NCBI GenBank assembly: GCA_964187785.1 | Contig: OZ076418.1 | Span: forward strand, 61,070,001-61,134,000 | DNA from: Amphiscolops sp. MND2022 | Lineage: Eukaryota | Reading direction: 5' to 3' | Length of the DNA stretch: 64,000 nt | In this document: positions 1 to 12,156 of the stretch, piece after piece | How the letters are laid out: the number at the start of each line of letters is the position of its first letter | Position numbering within the stretch: the first letter of the stretch is position 1 | The notes under the pieces: generated by a model | What the model saw: the letters and a program-made list of their open reading frames with translations, nothing else | What the model was told of the DNA's origin: nothing | Databases searched by the model: none | Program-made: the position numbers and the translations under genes

Positions 1-20
1 TCTGTCTGTTAAAACTTCGG

Positions 21-236
21 TTATCTTTTTTTAAATATGAGTTTTATTTTAAATTTAATTTTGGACGGAATTGAATTCGACACGACGATATTGGTTTCAC
101 GGAAAACACCACGACGAAATTGAAATTGGGAAGGACGAAAATCGGTTTGAAATTGTGTAACACAGGTGTTGATTGATCTTCTAGCAATAATCCTTAGAAT
201 TTTATCTAGTAATACTTTACTAATACTCTGAGACAA
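21..236 (-). mobile_element. Non-LTR retrotransposon (CR1/L2-like) reverse transcriptase fragment
   Basis: ORF reads SISKVLLDKILRII...QFQFRRGVFRETNI, resembling the RT segment (S)KxxEK...QxGFRxGxSxETNL; isolated and degenerate. Confidence 0.45.
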
Positions 237-801
237 TAATTATGAAAATTACAAACATCTCATTTTATTTGAAAAGTAGGTCTTTTGCCTTTTTTCATTT
301 TTTGAACGTTTTTCCTACATTTTGTTGGCTCGAGTAACTCCAAATCCACAGAATCCAAGGATCAACCGTTTTCCAAATATCAGGCTCAAAAGCGAAATTT
401 TCTTCAATTTACATGGATTAAAACAAAAAATTAGGCTTTGGCAGTGGATTAAAATGTGATTTTTAGAACGTATTTTTCTTCCTTTTAGAACGTATCAATT
501 GAGTCTAGACAATCCGCAAAATCCGATGAATCTCGAATTTTCAGAAAAAAAATCAAAACCTATGCTCAAAACTGGCAGTGGGAGAATAATTTTCTGCGCT
601 TAAGATTTTTATTATTGCACTAGTCAAAATTGACAGTGAGAGAGCGAATAAACAATTTTGATTGGTTGATAACGACTCTCAGCCTTCGAGGGAGGGAACA
701 ATTATTAAATCATATTCTAGTAGTTTCCAAAATGCGTTTTTGTGCGCTTAGGAAAAAATAGCACTTATATCCGGCCGGAATGGTTTTAGAAATGTACATA
801 C

Positions 802-993
802 TGCAGGAACCAGAGTTGCATTTCTTGGTCTTGATGTCGGGACCGTCTGGACAGTTCTGCGCGAATGTCTTGACCCTCTTGCATTTGCCATTCTTCTTCT
901 CGTAGGAGTAACACACTTTCTCCAACCTCTGCTGCCCGGGTCCACAGTCACAGGAACACTTGCCTTCCTCCTCGTACTCTGTATGGTACTTGG
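802..993 (-). CDS. Exon 4 of secreted ShK/coiled-coil/TSP1 gene: divergent thrombospondin type-1 repeat
   Basis: Acceptor tttgtttgcag at 994-995, donor GTATGT at 801; 192 nt, phase 1-1; encodes KYHTEYEEEGKCSCDCGPGQQRLEKVC...NCPDGPDIKTKKCNSGSC with GC3-rich codons. Confidence 0.85.
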
Positions 994-1015
994 CTGCAAA
1001 CAAAGAAAGAAAGAA

Positions 1016-1606
1016 AGTTTATTTCCCCATTGCCACGGGCGGGGTGGACACCGAATAAGCAGTTCTGCTTTTCTAAGTCGGCACCTGTAGTAGAGTCTAG
1101 AATACTGAACTTAATTGCTGAGAAAACAAATGTGTGAAAATGATTAAATTACGTAATAATAACAACCTGCCAAACTTAGCCAAAGTGGCAAATTAACAGC
1201 AACTGCCATAACATCAGATTTCTGTACTAATTCACAGTTGTTACGAAATTCTCTTCTTTCACCTAAGTTCGTTATCGTTAACAGCACCCTTTCGGATACT
1301 ATCTCCTATCTCCCCATAGCAAGCTATGGTACCATATTTGCAGCCAAATGGTCAAGTAAAGGTGGACTTGAAGCTGTAGTTTCAAAGTAACTTGCTCAAG
1401 GTCACAAAGCTCTGACTGCTCACCGTTGCGCTTTTTATTTTTGCTTTTCTCCGCCAAATGCGTTATTTTATGTCACTGACCATAACCATTAAACTAGAGA
1501 TGAAGGACTTGCTCAAGGCCCAACAATGGTGAGTTGAGAGAGATTCGAACCTGATACCGCCGCCCCAGTACAGACAGGAAGTTCTAACCACAACACTATG
1601 CTCCCC
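1016..1606 (-). mobile_element. tRNA-derived SINE with CORE-like motifs (copy 1, interrupted by a solo LTR)
   Basis: Pol III A-box-like start and B box GGTTCGAATC; two CCTTGAGCAAGT motifs; collinear with the copy at 6915-7299. Confidence 0.75.
1086..1283 (+). mobile_element. Solo LTR (Gypsy-related) with 5-bp TSD GCACC
   Basis: Starts TG, ends CA; GCACC at 1081-1085 and 1284-1288; absent from SINE copy 2; shares TAACAACCTGCCAAA...AAAGTGGCAA...ACTGCCATAACATCA with the Gypsy LTRs at 24.7/29.8 kb. Confidence 0.85.
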
Positions 1607-2596
1607 TGGTCCCCTCTCAACTAGACACTTCACTTCACAATTTGTCACAATTTCCTGTAAGATCCTGTCAGACCCTGCATTTTGCTATCAGAATCTTTCA
1701 CGATAATGAAAGAAACTCGTTTGCCGTTTCAAAATCGATCAAGACTCTTGAAAAAAGTGTCTGATGTTGCAAGAATCTTGCAGGAATTGTCGTATGTGTA
1801 AGACAATTGAAGCATTCAAACAAAATATTCTCCTATTTCGGATTTCTCCAAGAATCTGACAAAAATGTTGAGACGTTTGACTGAAGTTGATTCATATCAA
1901 GCATGGTGGTCGCTATCGATTGTCTAACAATTCAAAAACGTCTTCAAAAATTAGAAATTTCGAAATGAATTTCATTTTCAGCTTTTTGTCATGTCGCCTC
2001 TGCATGTTTGTTGAGTTCTCTCCAGATCGAAGTATATTCAAACATGTATAAACGCATCCAAGAAAAGTCAAAAAAGGCCTACTTTCGATTTCCTGATCGG
2101 CGTGAACACTTTGCAAAAAACTTGTTCCGAAAAGTGAGAAACTGTTGCTGAATGTAAATTGACCAGAAATGAAATTGAGGTCATTTGACCAGAAAACGAT
2201 AGAGCCAGGTTGATCGAAACGAAAGGTCATCTCTTTTATTTTCTTCGCTTTTGCTATTGATACTCTAAACTTCCCAATTAATCTGGGCCGCTGTAAATGA
2301 GCCCAAAGAATATTAAAATAGAACTACTTAAGGCAGAACCCCAACGTTTTATCATTTTTGGAGGACCTTCAGTTTACCTCTATAGCGTCACAACGTGCTT
2401 TTTCGCACTAAACTTTAGTATTTTTCAGTTTACTCGTCTCAAATTTGCGACAACGTTAGGGAAGTATCAAACACGAACAAGGCAGACTATCCTGGTGATG
2501 AAAAAGATTCTTGAAGAAACTGAGGGTTCCCATTAAGTGCCTTCATTTGTAGCATCTCAAAATACTTTCAAGTCTTCCAAACATCTTGCTTGCCTG

Positions 2597-3110
2597 TTTT
2601 TTAGTCGGCGCTTTTCTTAAGAAAAGAGCCCGACTATTACAGTCACTCGTTTTTTTTTCTTTTTTTTTTATTTAAGACAGACTCGAAGCGACGAACGTTA
2701 AAAGTTAAAATTAACGTTCAACTACTAAAAGTACTAAACTACTGGACCGCTAAAGGCAAACACGGGGAGCGCATTCATTCACTTTTTCAACGTTACATAC
2801 AAGCCCGGACGGGACTAAAGTTTCGTACACCCCCCCCCCCCTTTCGATTTTTTTTCGGCGCTGTGAGATTTTTTTCGAATTTTTTTTTAATGTCCCCAAA
2901 GGGTCCCCCCTTTGAGTTTTTTGTTATTTTGCTACAGAATGCGTGTTTATAAATCAAAAAGGGTCCCCCCTTTTACATTTTCCGGCACTGTGCGACATTT
3001 TCCGAAAGAAATTTTTTTTCCGAAAATTTCAAGTTTTTTTCCAAAAAAAAATGTTTTGCGCTTTTTGAGCCTTAGATATAGCGCCGACTTGAGGCGTTCT
3101 CGTCTTGTTT
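2597..3110 (+). mobile_element. DINE-1/HINE-like non-autonomous element (GGGTCCCCCC-core family)
   Basis: T-run then subterminal inverted repeats AGTCGGCGC ... GCGCCGACT, a short 5' inverted partner (GAGCCCGACT), a 3' hairpin region and TTGTTT end. Confidence 0.6.
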
Positions 3111-4580
3111 ACTCAAGACATACAAAAGAAACATACCGGCAAGTACCAAATGCATTGTTAGAAGACCTAACCCAAAACTATACAAGTAGAACTTTTTTGA
3201 AGGATAACACCCCGGGTTTCCCGACCAGGCCGATCATAATCTGACCATATTATGGCACCAAACAAGTCATACAAATTTCCTTACAATGATCTTGCCATGA
3301 TCGGCCTGGAATCATATAGGGTCCAGAGTATGATCAGCTTGGAATCATAAATTTCTGTTCCAAACGCGGGTTGACGTGACATGCAACCCAAACAAAAATT
3401 TCAAATATTGAGAACAGCCAGCGTTATAGGCTGAGGGCAATGGAGCCACATTCGACCTTTTGTATCTGCGAACGATACATTGCAGGTCAGAACTCCGTTA
3501 AGCTCTAAGTGGAGTTAAAAACCAACTATAGTAACTCAATTTGTTCTCAGCCACTCCTTAGTTAATAACTAACTCTTTTGTTATAGCGGTACCCACTTTG
3601 CAGTGTGATTTTTGATTATTTCGAGATAATTAATAACCAATAATTCAGCAAAAGCTGCCAAAAATTGATGATTGCTACCTTGTTTTTCCTTTTTTAAGGA
3701 ACATGGCGTATCATATACTGGACCATATATGTCCAGAGTATGGTCAGCCTGGAATCATACTGTGAGTATGGTGGCAGAGTATGACTGACCTGTTTTTGTA
3801 TGGGAGGGAAAACCGGGACAGTGAATTTCTCATGTTGCAACATTGAATTTGTTCACTTACGCAGACAAGCAGCTTCGCCATTCGCAGTTTTGCCCAGTAT
3901 TTGAGTGCAGGCGTTGCAACTCACTGAAACACAGAAACCAAAACTTACTGAAACCTTAAATTTGCCAAAAGTACCTAATGAGAAAATTCGTGTGATGCGG
4001 TATTTTTGAGAACATGAAAAACATGAAAGACAAACTTCTAAAATTGATTCAAAAGCCATTGATTTTATGATGATGAATTTATTGATGAATATCTCTTTTT
4101 TTTCAAACCACTGTTTCTGTGAAAAATCGTTTTGGGCAGTTTTAATCAGGTAAATTTTCCAGCCTTGGAACAAATGAGAAACCAAAATTCTAGGGTCCGA
4201 GTTTTTCAGATCGAGTTGAAAAGTTCACGTTTGTTCACACGATGATTTTAGTCGCAGTTCAAGTCTAATCTCTAAGTTCAGTGTGAACTACGTACTAGTT
4301 ATTCGATGACTTGTTCTTGCATCGAGATATTAATTGATTTTAGAGACTGAACTTTCGAGACTGAAATGATTTTCGAGATGCGTGAACAAGCCATCGAATA
4401 ATCAGTTTAAGCCAAACTTTGGCGTGAGCAAACTTTTCTAAACAGTGCATTAACATTTTGTTAATGCACTGTTTTGTCTGTTAATGCACTGTTTATAACT
4501 AAATCTGTTAATGCATCGTTAAGTTTCATCAATTCACTCTATTAATTAAGTGTGAACTACTTTTGTGTTCACACACTAAC

Positions 4581-4691
4581 CCGGTCGTTTTTGCAGTTCC
4601 TCTATCTGAGCAGCTAGTTTGGCTTCCAATTCGTCGTGTTTCTCCTCAACTATCTTGTCCACTGCGGCTGCGTCCACGTGACAAGGGGTGC
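4581..4691 (-). CDS. Exon 3 of secreted ShK/coiled-coil/TSP1 gene: coiled-coil linker (not in ORF track)
   Basis: Acceptor cattttgcag at 4692-4693, donor GTTAGT at 4580; 111 nt, phase 1-1; encodes (C)TPCHVDAAAVDKIVEEKHDELEAKLAAQIEELQKRP(A); in frame with exons 2 and 4. Confidence 0.8.
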
Positions 4692-5289
4692 CTGCAAAAT
4701 GTTGTAAAAACTGTATCTATACAGATATTATTCGAATCCTGAAAGAAAATATTCTATAGTTTCAGATAGAAACTGGGCTTTTTTTGCCCCCCCCCCCAAC
4801 TGCCAAAGTTTTTGAGAGTGAATTTCCTCAAAAGTTTTAGATTAGCCTAATTAAAAGTGAATCCTTTTTCAAAAACATGTAGTTAACGACGTCTATTATA
4901 ATATTTTTTTCGTTTGAACAAAACATGTTTCACTCACTTTGACTTTAATTATGTTCGAATTAGTTGTGACTCAAAACAGGAAGCTGTTGAACTTCCTATT
5001 AAGACTGCGTGAATTCACCAGGAAAAAGAGTGTGAACAAACAGAAAAGAGCCAAAAGTGGATATTTTATTATCCAATCAAGACCAAAAAAGCTAATATTG
5101 GTTTCTAAAGTCTAATTGGTGCAAAACTGTTTATTTATGGAGTGGAAATATGTTATACATAGTCTATAGTATCCTGCCACTCTTATATCGAAAAAAAGCT
5201 ACGGGTTAAGTTGCCGCAAACGTTACCCTAAAGATAAAGCATTCTTACAAAAACTTTCTTTTCACGATAACAAAACGAGATACAATAAT

Positions 5290-5960
5290 TTAGATATTAT
5301 TCGAATCTTGAAAAAATTCTATAGTTTCATGAAGAATAAACCAGGAATATGTATTATTGTTGGACGACCGTATTGCGTACGAAGATGTCGTGGCAGAAGC
5401 GTCCATTTGTCTAGTTCTTTCATCATTTTGTTCTAATAGTTTCTCCATCCTTGCTTTTAGAGCAGACATTTCATTTTGTAAATGATCAAACCTCTCATCA
5501 TTAGCTCTCTGAGAGACTAGTTCGTTAATTGGAGAATTCCGTCCTGACTGGACTTGTTCGTTTGGATTTTCACTGTTGTTTTCCATCATACTAAATCTTT
5601 CACTACCGCTGGATTTAACTGAAGTATCTGAACGAGGTGGAATTAGTGATTTTCCGTTTCTAAGTATTATAGAAAAACAAGAACTCATGCGATGAAGAAG
5701 AGATGTATTGGTGGATAAGAGTTGAATTACTAAGGCAAAAGGGGTAAAGTCAAATTTCTGGTTTTACAAATCTCTATACTTGATTGTACGTATAAGTTGT
5801 AGCTAAGTTACTGCGCGCGTTGTTGCTTGTAGTCTCTTGCTTGGTAAGACGCAATTCTTACCATCCGTTCGTCCTATTGGTTGCTAGGTAGGTGCTAGTT
5901 AGCACCTGGTCACGTGACTAGTCATTTTACATGTCGCAAGAGGGCTACTGGTTATAACTC
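5290..5960 (-). mobile_element. 5' portion of a retrotransposon (gag-like N-terminal coiled-coil ORF plus leader)
   Basis: 132-aa ORF with low-complexity N-terminus and heptad segment DERFDHLQNEMSALKARMEKLLEQ, truncated into AT-rich repeat; family assignment is by recall only. Confidence 0.35.
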
Positions 5961-6529
5961 GCGCGCCAATTTAGTTTAAATCAATTAGCATGAATATATA
6001 ACTCGTTCAAGTTGGTAAATGCGCAATAATCACTATCTGAGTCATAATAATCATCGCAAAAACATCATGATGGGATTCCAGTCAATCAGGGGTTCAATTT
6101 AAACATTTATAAGGGGGAGCGATGTGGAAACGATGATTCTACTGCAATAGAATGGTTTTAACGATTACAATTATCTAGTCAAGATCATCCAAAAAAGCAG
6201 TAGTAGCGACGCTAAAAGAGTTCATTAAGTAAGAAACTTGTGCAAAACACCATTTTTGTTAGGAAAGGTTAAGATTTCCTCAATGCCGAACTGAACAAGT
6301 ATCAGAGATTGTAAACATGGACTCAACTAAAGCTGCCATTCACAGAACTCTTGACATGCTGCATGCATATGGTCAAACAGTATTACATCCGGAATAGGGA
6401 CTATTCAATTAGTCGAACATTCAATTCGTTTATCACGTATTAATTTAGCGAGCATGGTATAACGTAATGGAATGAATTGATTCCGGCCAATCTAATTCGA
6501 GCATTCAAAATTATGATAACGTAGTCAGC

Positions 6530-6700
6530 TATGTTCACATACTCCTAGTGCCTTAAATGCAGGAGCGAAGCGAAGCGAAGCGAAGACGCGTATCAATATT
6601 GCTATTTGGAGAAGGGAGCGAAGCGACCGAGCCATACAACAAATATGCTATACGCCACAAAATATAACCAATTGAAAATAATCGGTGATATGGAATTCTT
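6530..6700 (+). repeat. Dispersed repeat with (GCGAA)n palindromic motif; inverted copy at about 32960-33130
   Basis: GGAGCGAAGCGACCGAGCCATACAACAAATATGCTA matches the reverse complement of 32967-33005. Confidence 0.7.
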
Positions 6701-6914
6701 TCGACGCATTGAATTGAAAGTTCGACGAGTTGAAGTTGCACCATCCGAAACAGTTCAACTTTTCTGGTTATTGGCGGGAAAGCCACAGGAACGTAGGCTT
6801 TCTTCAATACGGGAGATTATATTTTCATTATCATGCCAACAAAGTACATTGGTTAAACTTACACGATAATTACACAAGACATGTTTGCTTTTATTGATGA
6901 TAAACTAATGAGAG

Positions 6915-7299
6915 AGAATGAGAGAAGTTAATTTCACCATTACCGCGGAGTGGACGCCGAATAAGCAGTTCTGATTTTCTAAGTCGGCGCCCTTTCGGAT
7001 ACTATCTCCCCATAGCAAGCTATGGTACCATATTTGCAGCCAAGTGGTCAAGTAATGGTGGACTTGAAGCTGTGGTTTCAAAGTGACTTGCTCAAGGTCT
7101 CAAAGGTCTGACTGCTCACCGTTCCTTTTTTTGTTTTACTTTTTCTCCGCCAAATGCGTTGTTTTTGTCATTGACCATACCACTAAGCTAGGGATGAAGG
7201 ATAAGCTAAAGGACCAATATTGGTGAGTTGAGAGAGATTCGAACCTGATACCGCCGTCCCAGTACAGGCCGAATGCTCTAACCACTACGCCATGCTCCC
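6915..7299 (-). mobile_element. tRNA-derived SINE with CORE-like motif (copy 2)
   Basis: A box TGGCGTAGTGG, B box GGTTCGAATC, CCTTGAGCAAGTCACTT motif, 3' simple-repeat tail. Confidence 0.75.
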
Positions 7300-8059
7300 A
7301 TAATCATGACGAAACGATCAAAAGGAGAACATATGACGACAGTAGAAAAGTTTTGAAAAAAAATTGAATGATTGGGATCAAAAGCCCCAAATGGGGATAA
7401 TGTCACTGAATGAAAAGATGCAGGCTTTACCAAGAAAACTATTCAAATTAGCTGAAGGAACGTCGATTACTTATGGAGGCGATTGACCATTTTAACTATT
7501 CTGCACCAAGCTGGCAACTTGTGGGCACCGAATGATGGACAGCAAATGGGAGTGGAGCCCCGAAATGATGGAGCGTCAAGAACAATTGAGGAAGCTCTTA
7601 TGACAGCATCTCCGTTAAAAAAAGAAAACATTAAAACTCAAAAGAAATTTTTATTTACAAGAGATAGTGTACCTAAAAATAGTAATAAATTCAGCTTGGA
7701 AACTTAAGACAGCACAAAGGGGACAACTTATATCCAAGGGTAAGTTTTTTAAAAAGGATAGTTGTCTGTTCTCTGTTTCAAGCGATACTCACTCCACAAT
7801 TTTTTCGACTAAATTGTGGCCAATCTGCTTCATGAATGAACTTCTGGTGAAATTGTTGTTTCAGTTTTCCTTTCATATTTTCATGACTTTGAGCATTATC
7901 CATTCTTTTCTGCGGCGCCCCTACGTAATACCCCTACGAATTGTATCCGTTGCAACGAACAAAAGAAGGAAACGAATCTGAAGCAAAAAACCACAATACT
8001 TCGAACCAGAAAATCCGAAGTTTCAGTCTCGATGCCAACAACTTGTTATAAATTTACAC

Positions 8060-8230
8060 ATGTATCGTCATCTCGTAACCTTTTCGTCCAGCCATTGTCA
8101 TGCAAACTTTACATAAGGGTCATCCAGCGACACTGTGGTTGCAACGTTGGCGAATGTGTGGAGGCTGCACCTTCATCGTGAAGTAGTGACTATTGCAAGG
8201 ATATGCTCACATATACAGAAGTCGAACCTT
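8060..8230 (+). mobile_element. Gypsy integrase zinc-finger remnant
   Basis: Degenerate MQTLHKGHP...W..LHRE pattern with frameshifts. Confidence 0.35.
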
Positions 8231-10161
8231 TGCCAATTCACTTAGAAGATGATCTAAGATTGGATCTCTTACACTATGTCCCCCCATACATCAAAAAGGG
8301 GAGACAAAGTGAAACACCATTAAATACAATCAAATACATTGCACATTCTAATAGCGCAGATCTGCTCTTATCTAACAACGCTTCTGATTGGCTGAGCGGC
8401 GATTTTGATAATAAGAGCCAATAAAAAAGTGTCGGTCGATAGTTATGACGAGATCAATTGATTGACAGAATAGCATGAGAGATTAGCCAATGGGAGATGA
8501 ATATAACTGAGCCACAAACATTCTTTTTCTTTAGGGGAAAAAGAGTCTAACGAGTCATAAAGGGAGGACATAGTGAAAGACGATTTGGCCATCCTTGTCC
8601 TAGAACAAGCAATAGGGACTAAACCCAGTGCAAAACATCTTGAAAGTCATGCCAAGATCCTACATATTCTTGCATGTTCCCAATTACTCTTGAAAACCTT
8701 GATAAGATTTGGTTTATTTTTGCTTCAAATGAACCTCTCGAATTTCTTGATGTGAATTTTGGTGAGAGTCTTATCAAGAGTGTCAAGAAAATGAATGCAA
8801 AAATGCAAAACTTGCAAAACAAACAAAAATTTTGGGTACAATTACTATGCTATTGTTCGCGCTACCAGCTACATTGCCAATCGCTGCTTACATGACAACA
8901 CAAAGTATTATAATTCCGGACAGGATAGCTTGGGTGGTAGCGTTAACGGCTGCGGTAAAAGAAGGACGCTCATCAGGCCGAAGTGGGCGTCGGTTTTAGT
9001 TTGTTTTCATCCACGTTTATCAGTTTTTATTTTCAATTCTTGGTAATTTCTTCCAAGATCGTACATATTCTTGGGGTTCTTGATAAGAATCATGCGTAGA
9101 TTCTTACCAAGGGTTCCACGGAAAGGCAAGATTCTTATCAAGAGTTTCAAAAAGTTTCACACTGGGAAGTGAAATAATTTTCGCGCAAATATAAGGGACC
9201 CTCATCCGTAGCATGGGGTACTGCAAAATTAATTGCCAAAATATTTCATAGCTTCCATAAATAATTTTCATGGATGACAGCTGTCCATAAATTATTTCCA
9301 TAATCTCACAAAAATCAATAATGGCAGTTATTTTTTGAGCTAAAAGAAATAATACACAAGACAGAACGTGGAGACAAAAAGTACATGTACAATTATACCA
9401 GCGTAGAAATTAACTCAGCGTCCCAAAAAAAATTGTTGACGATTGGAAAAAGTTCGGCTTAAAAAAGCATGGGCGACAAGTTTTGACAACTAACCGCTAC
9501 CAGCCAGACTGGATGCTGTGAAAATAATGGCTGCCATAAATCTTAGGAATCCATAAACTATGACGAAACTCCTTTGTCCAAATATAAACTAATTTTATGG
9601 AAGGCCCCAAAAGTAAATTATTTATGGCCAATGTTTCCATTATGAATTATTTTTGCGGTACCCCGATCGCAGCGTACTAGCACATTCTTGCCAGCGGGGT
9701 GCGCGAAGCAGGCTATCATCTCAAAACAGATGTCATAAATGCACAATGCAGTTCACGAGAGGCCAGCAATCAGAAATTGAAGAAAACAAATATAATTATC
9801 TATACTCTCGGCTTTCTAAAAGTCGTTTGAAAACAGTGAGAGTGCAATACTACTTTCTTGTTCACTAAATACGGCCATTAACGAGGAATAGCATGGTGTT
9901 TTCACTTTGCATAAGTCACTAAGATTTACTTGAAAAATAATTTCTCTCATAATAGCTATGCATTTGTTATCGAACAAAAATTGGCCTGCTTCCGGAAAAC
10001 AGGTGGTACTTTTTTTGCACCAAAAATCATATGACGGCAGTGATGCAGTTGTGCACATTTTCACTTGGTACATATTTGCACCACCATGCATGGGCAATAC
10101 TGATGCGAATACGTACCACTAGGTTTAAAACAAAAATCATATGAAACATATCAATTCAGAA

Positions 10162-11500
10162 CTAGACTTCAACGCTATGGAAAGCCATGAAACAGTTATG
10201 TTGATTAATACAACAAAGGTGTGTATTACACTTCACACAGTTAGTTTTTGGCCGCGACGTGCTTGTTTGAATCTTGCAATGCGGACCTCGTTCCTTGGCA
10301 ACAGCTGGCCAGTGCCCAGTGATGTCCAAGCGAATATCCACCGTCGGAAGCAGAGTAGTAATTTTCTTTTGCGCCCTTCTGTCCAATTCTTTATGAAGTA
10401 CACTACGTCTTCCTCTTTGTTTCAGACCTATTTCACAATCCGCGAGGCCATACGCGACTTCAAGTTTGCAATCGAAAAGTGGTCTATTTTTTGGGATCTT
10501 TGAGCATTAGAGCATAGTCTTGATATTTTAGCTGAGCATTCGTTGCCATTATGTTCACAAAACGCAGAAAGATTTTTATATAGGCTCTCTTACGATTTTG
10601 TGTCGTTCTGAAACGACCAAGGTATGAGTTGATATCGTCAACACGACCCATATGAGTGTTATAATCAAGAATTGCTCTTGGCATAGTAATTGTCTCGTGT
10701 TGTTTAACTTTTTTTCGTATCTGAAAATGGTTCCACTAAGATTTCCATCTGAAGAGTACTGAGTATGTGCACGGTGCGGTTGTGCCCTCAATTTTTTTCT
10801 CAGTCTGCTCAGTCAAGTTTTTTGCTTGGGGAAATTGTAAAGTGCCAATTAACTGACTTCTTTTACGAAATAGCAGAACTTGTAACATGGGTGAGTTGAA
10901 CCAATTAAAACAGAACATTTAATGATTTTTACACTCAGGTATATTCTTGGCCATTCGTGGCACAAGTCTGTCCCAATTTGCCGACTGCGTTCCACTCAGG
11001 GTCAACTGTTACTTCTTGTCCATAAAATTAAACTTGATGTATGATTCCACCCTCGTCACAGAGCAAAAACGCTTCGTATCCCCACTTTTTTGGCTTTTTA
11101 GGGTTGTACTTGTGCACGCTTGATTTAATGCCTTTGGGGAAATAATTCGTTTGTCTATGCTGCCATGTTCGTTTATTTCGTATTCGCTGCACACGCTGTT
11201 GAAATGCTGTTAATTGCGCTAACTTTACATTGCTATTATAATGACATAGGATACATCATTCATCAATCAACAATAATTCAACATTGTAACAGGCACATAC
11301 CGATTTAATAAATAGCAAAACATAATTTATTCAAACTAAAAACATTAGTTTTGGTGTGGCTGTACGGACTGAAGGTCCGCATTATTTCAATAGGAAGCAC
11401 TCCTGGTAGAGGGTTGGTATTATAGTTTTCTGCTGGGAGTTGATTGAAATTGCCGTCACAGGCGGCAGCCTGCGACAGGTGTCTTGCAATTTGGAGTGCT
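10162..11500 (-). mobile_element. piggyBac-type transposase remnant (pseudogene)
   Basis: Collinear fragments HGSIDKRII, FNWFNSPML..IGT, PRAILDYNTHMGRVD, and C-terminal IRLDITGHWP...CVKCNTHLC...CFMAFH cysteine-rich domain; multiple frameshifts. Confidence 0.85.
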
Positions 11501-11671
11501 TTCCTATGCTTTCAAACGCTGGGACGGTTTTCTGTTAAGGGTCTAAACACGGAAAATCTGAACCCTTATAAAGTTTTCATGATGAAAAACTAATTTTTGT
11601 TTAGGAAAACTTCACATCGTTTCAGATGTTTCAGACCCGGTCTTTTTTTATACAAAATAGTGTCCGATCCG

Positions 11672-12156
11672 TTTTTTTAGTCGGCGCTTATATTAATAAA
11701 AGAGCCCGACTATTACAGTCACTCGTTTTTTCAACACAGACTCGAAGCGACGAACGTTAAAATTAACGTTCAACTACTAATTACAGTACTACTAAAATAC
11801 TGGCAGGGCATTTAAGGTAGTGCAAAGGGTCCCCCCTTTCAGTTAGTCCATTTTTATCGTAACCTACAAAACCGGCCGAGACTAAAGGGTCCCCCTTTTG
11901 ATTTTTTTTGGCACTGTGCGACTTTTTTTTCGAAAATCTTTTAATGTCCCAAAGGGTCCCCCCTTTGATTTTTTTGTTATTTTGCAACAGAATGCATGTT
12001 TATAAATCAAAAAGGGTCCCCCTTTTACATTTTTCGGCACTGTGCGACATTTTCCGAGAGAGAAAAATTTTCGAAATTTTCAAGTTTTTTTCCAAAAAAT
12101 GTTGCGCTTTTTGAGCCTTAGATATAGCGCCGAGTTTAGACGTTCTCGTCTTGTTT
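11672..12156 (+). mobile_element. DINE-1/HINE-like element copy
   Basis: Same ends as 2597-3110; 3' hairpin AGACG-TTCT-CGTCT at about 12138-12151. Confidence 0.6.

Noticed and set aside
4441-4473. Perfect 15-bp-arm palindrome AACAGTGCATTAACA-TTT-TGTTAATGCACTGTT near the exon 3 donor
   Set aside because: Part of a local short tandem/inverted repeat typical of MITE interiors.
5908-5917. Perfect GTCACGTGAC (CLEAR/E-box) palindrome
   Set aside because: A single 10-mer within a retroelement leader; no evidence of function.
9816-10097. Cys-rich ORF next to the piggyBac remnant (similar case at 46926-47171)
   Set aside because: Probably TE fragments, but I cannot assign a family from motifs.
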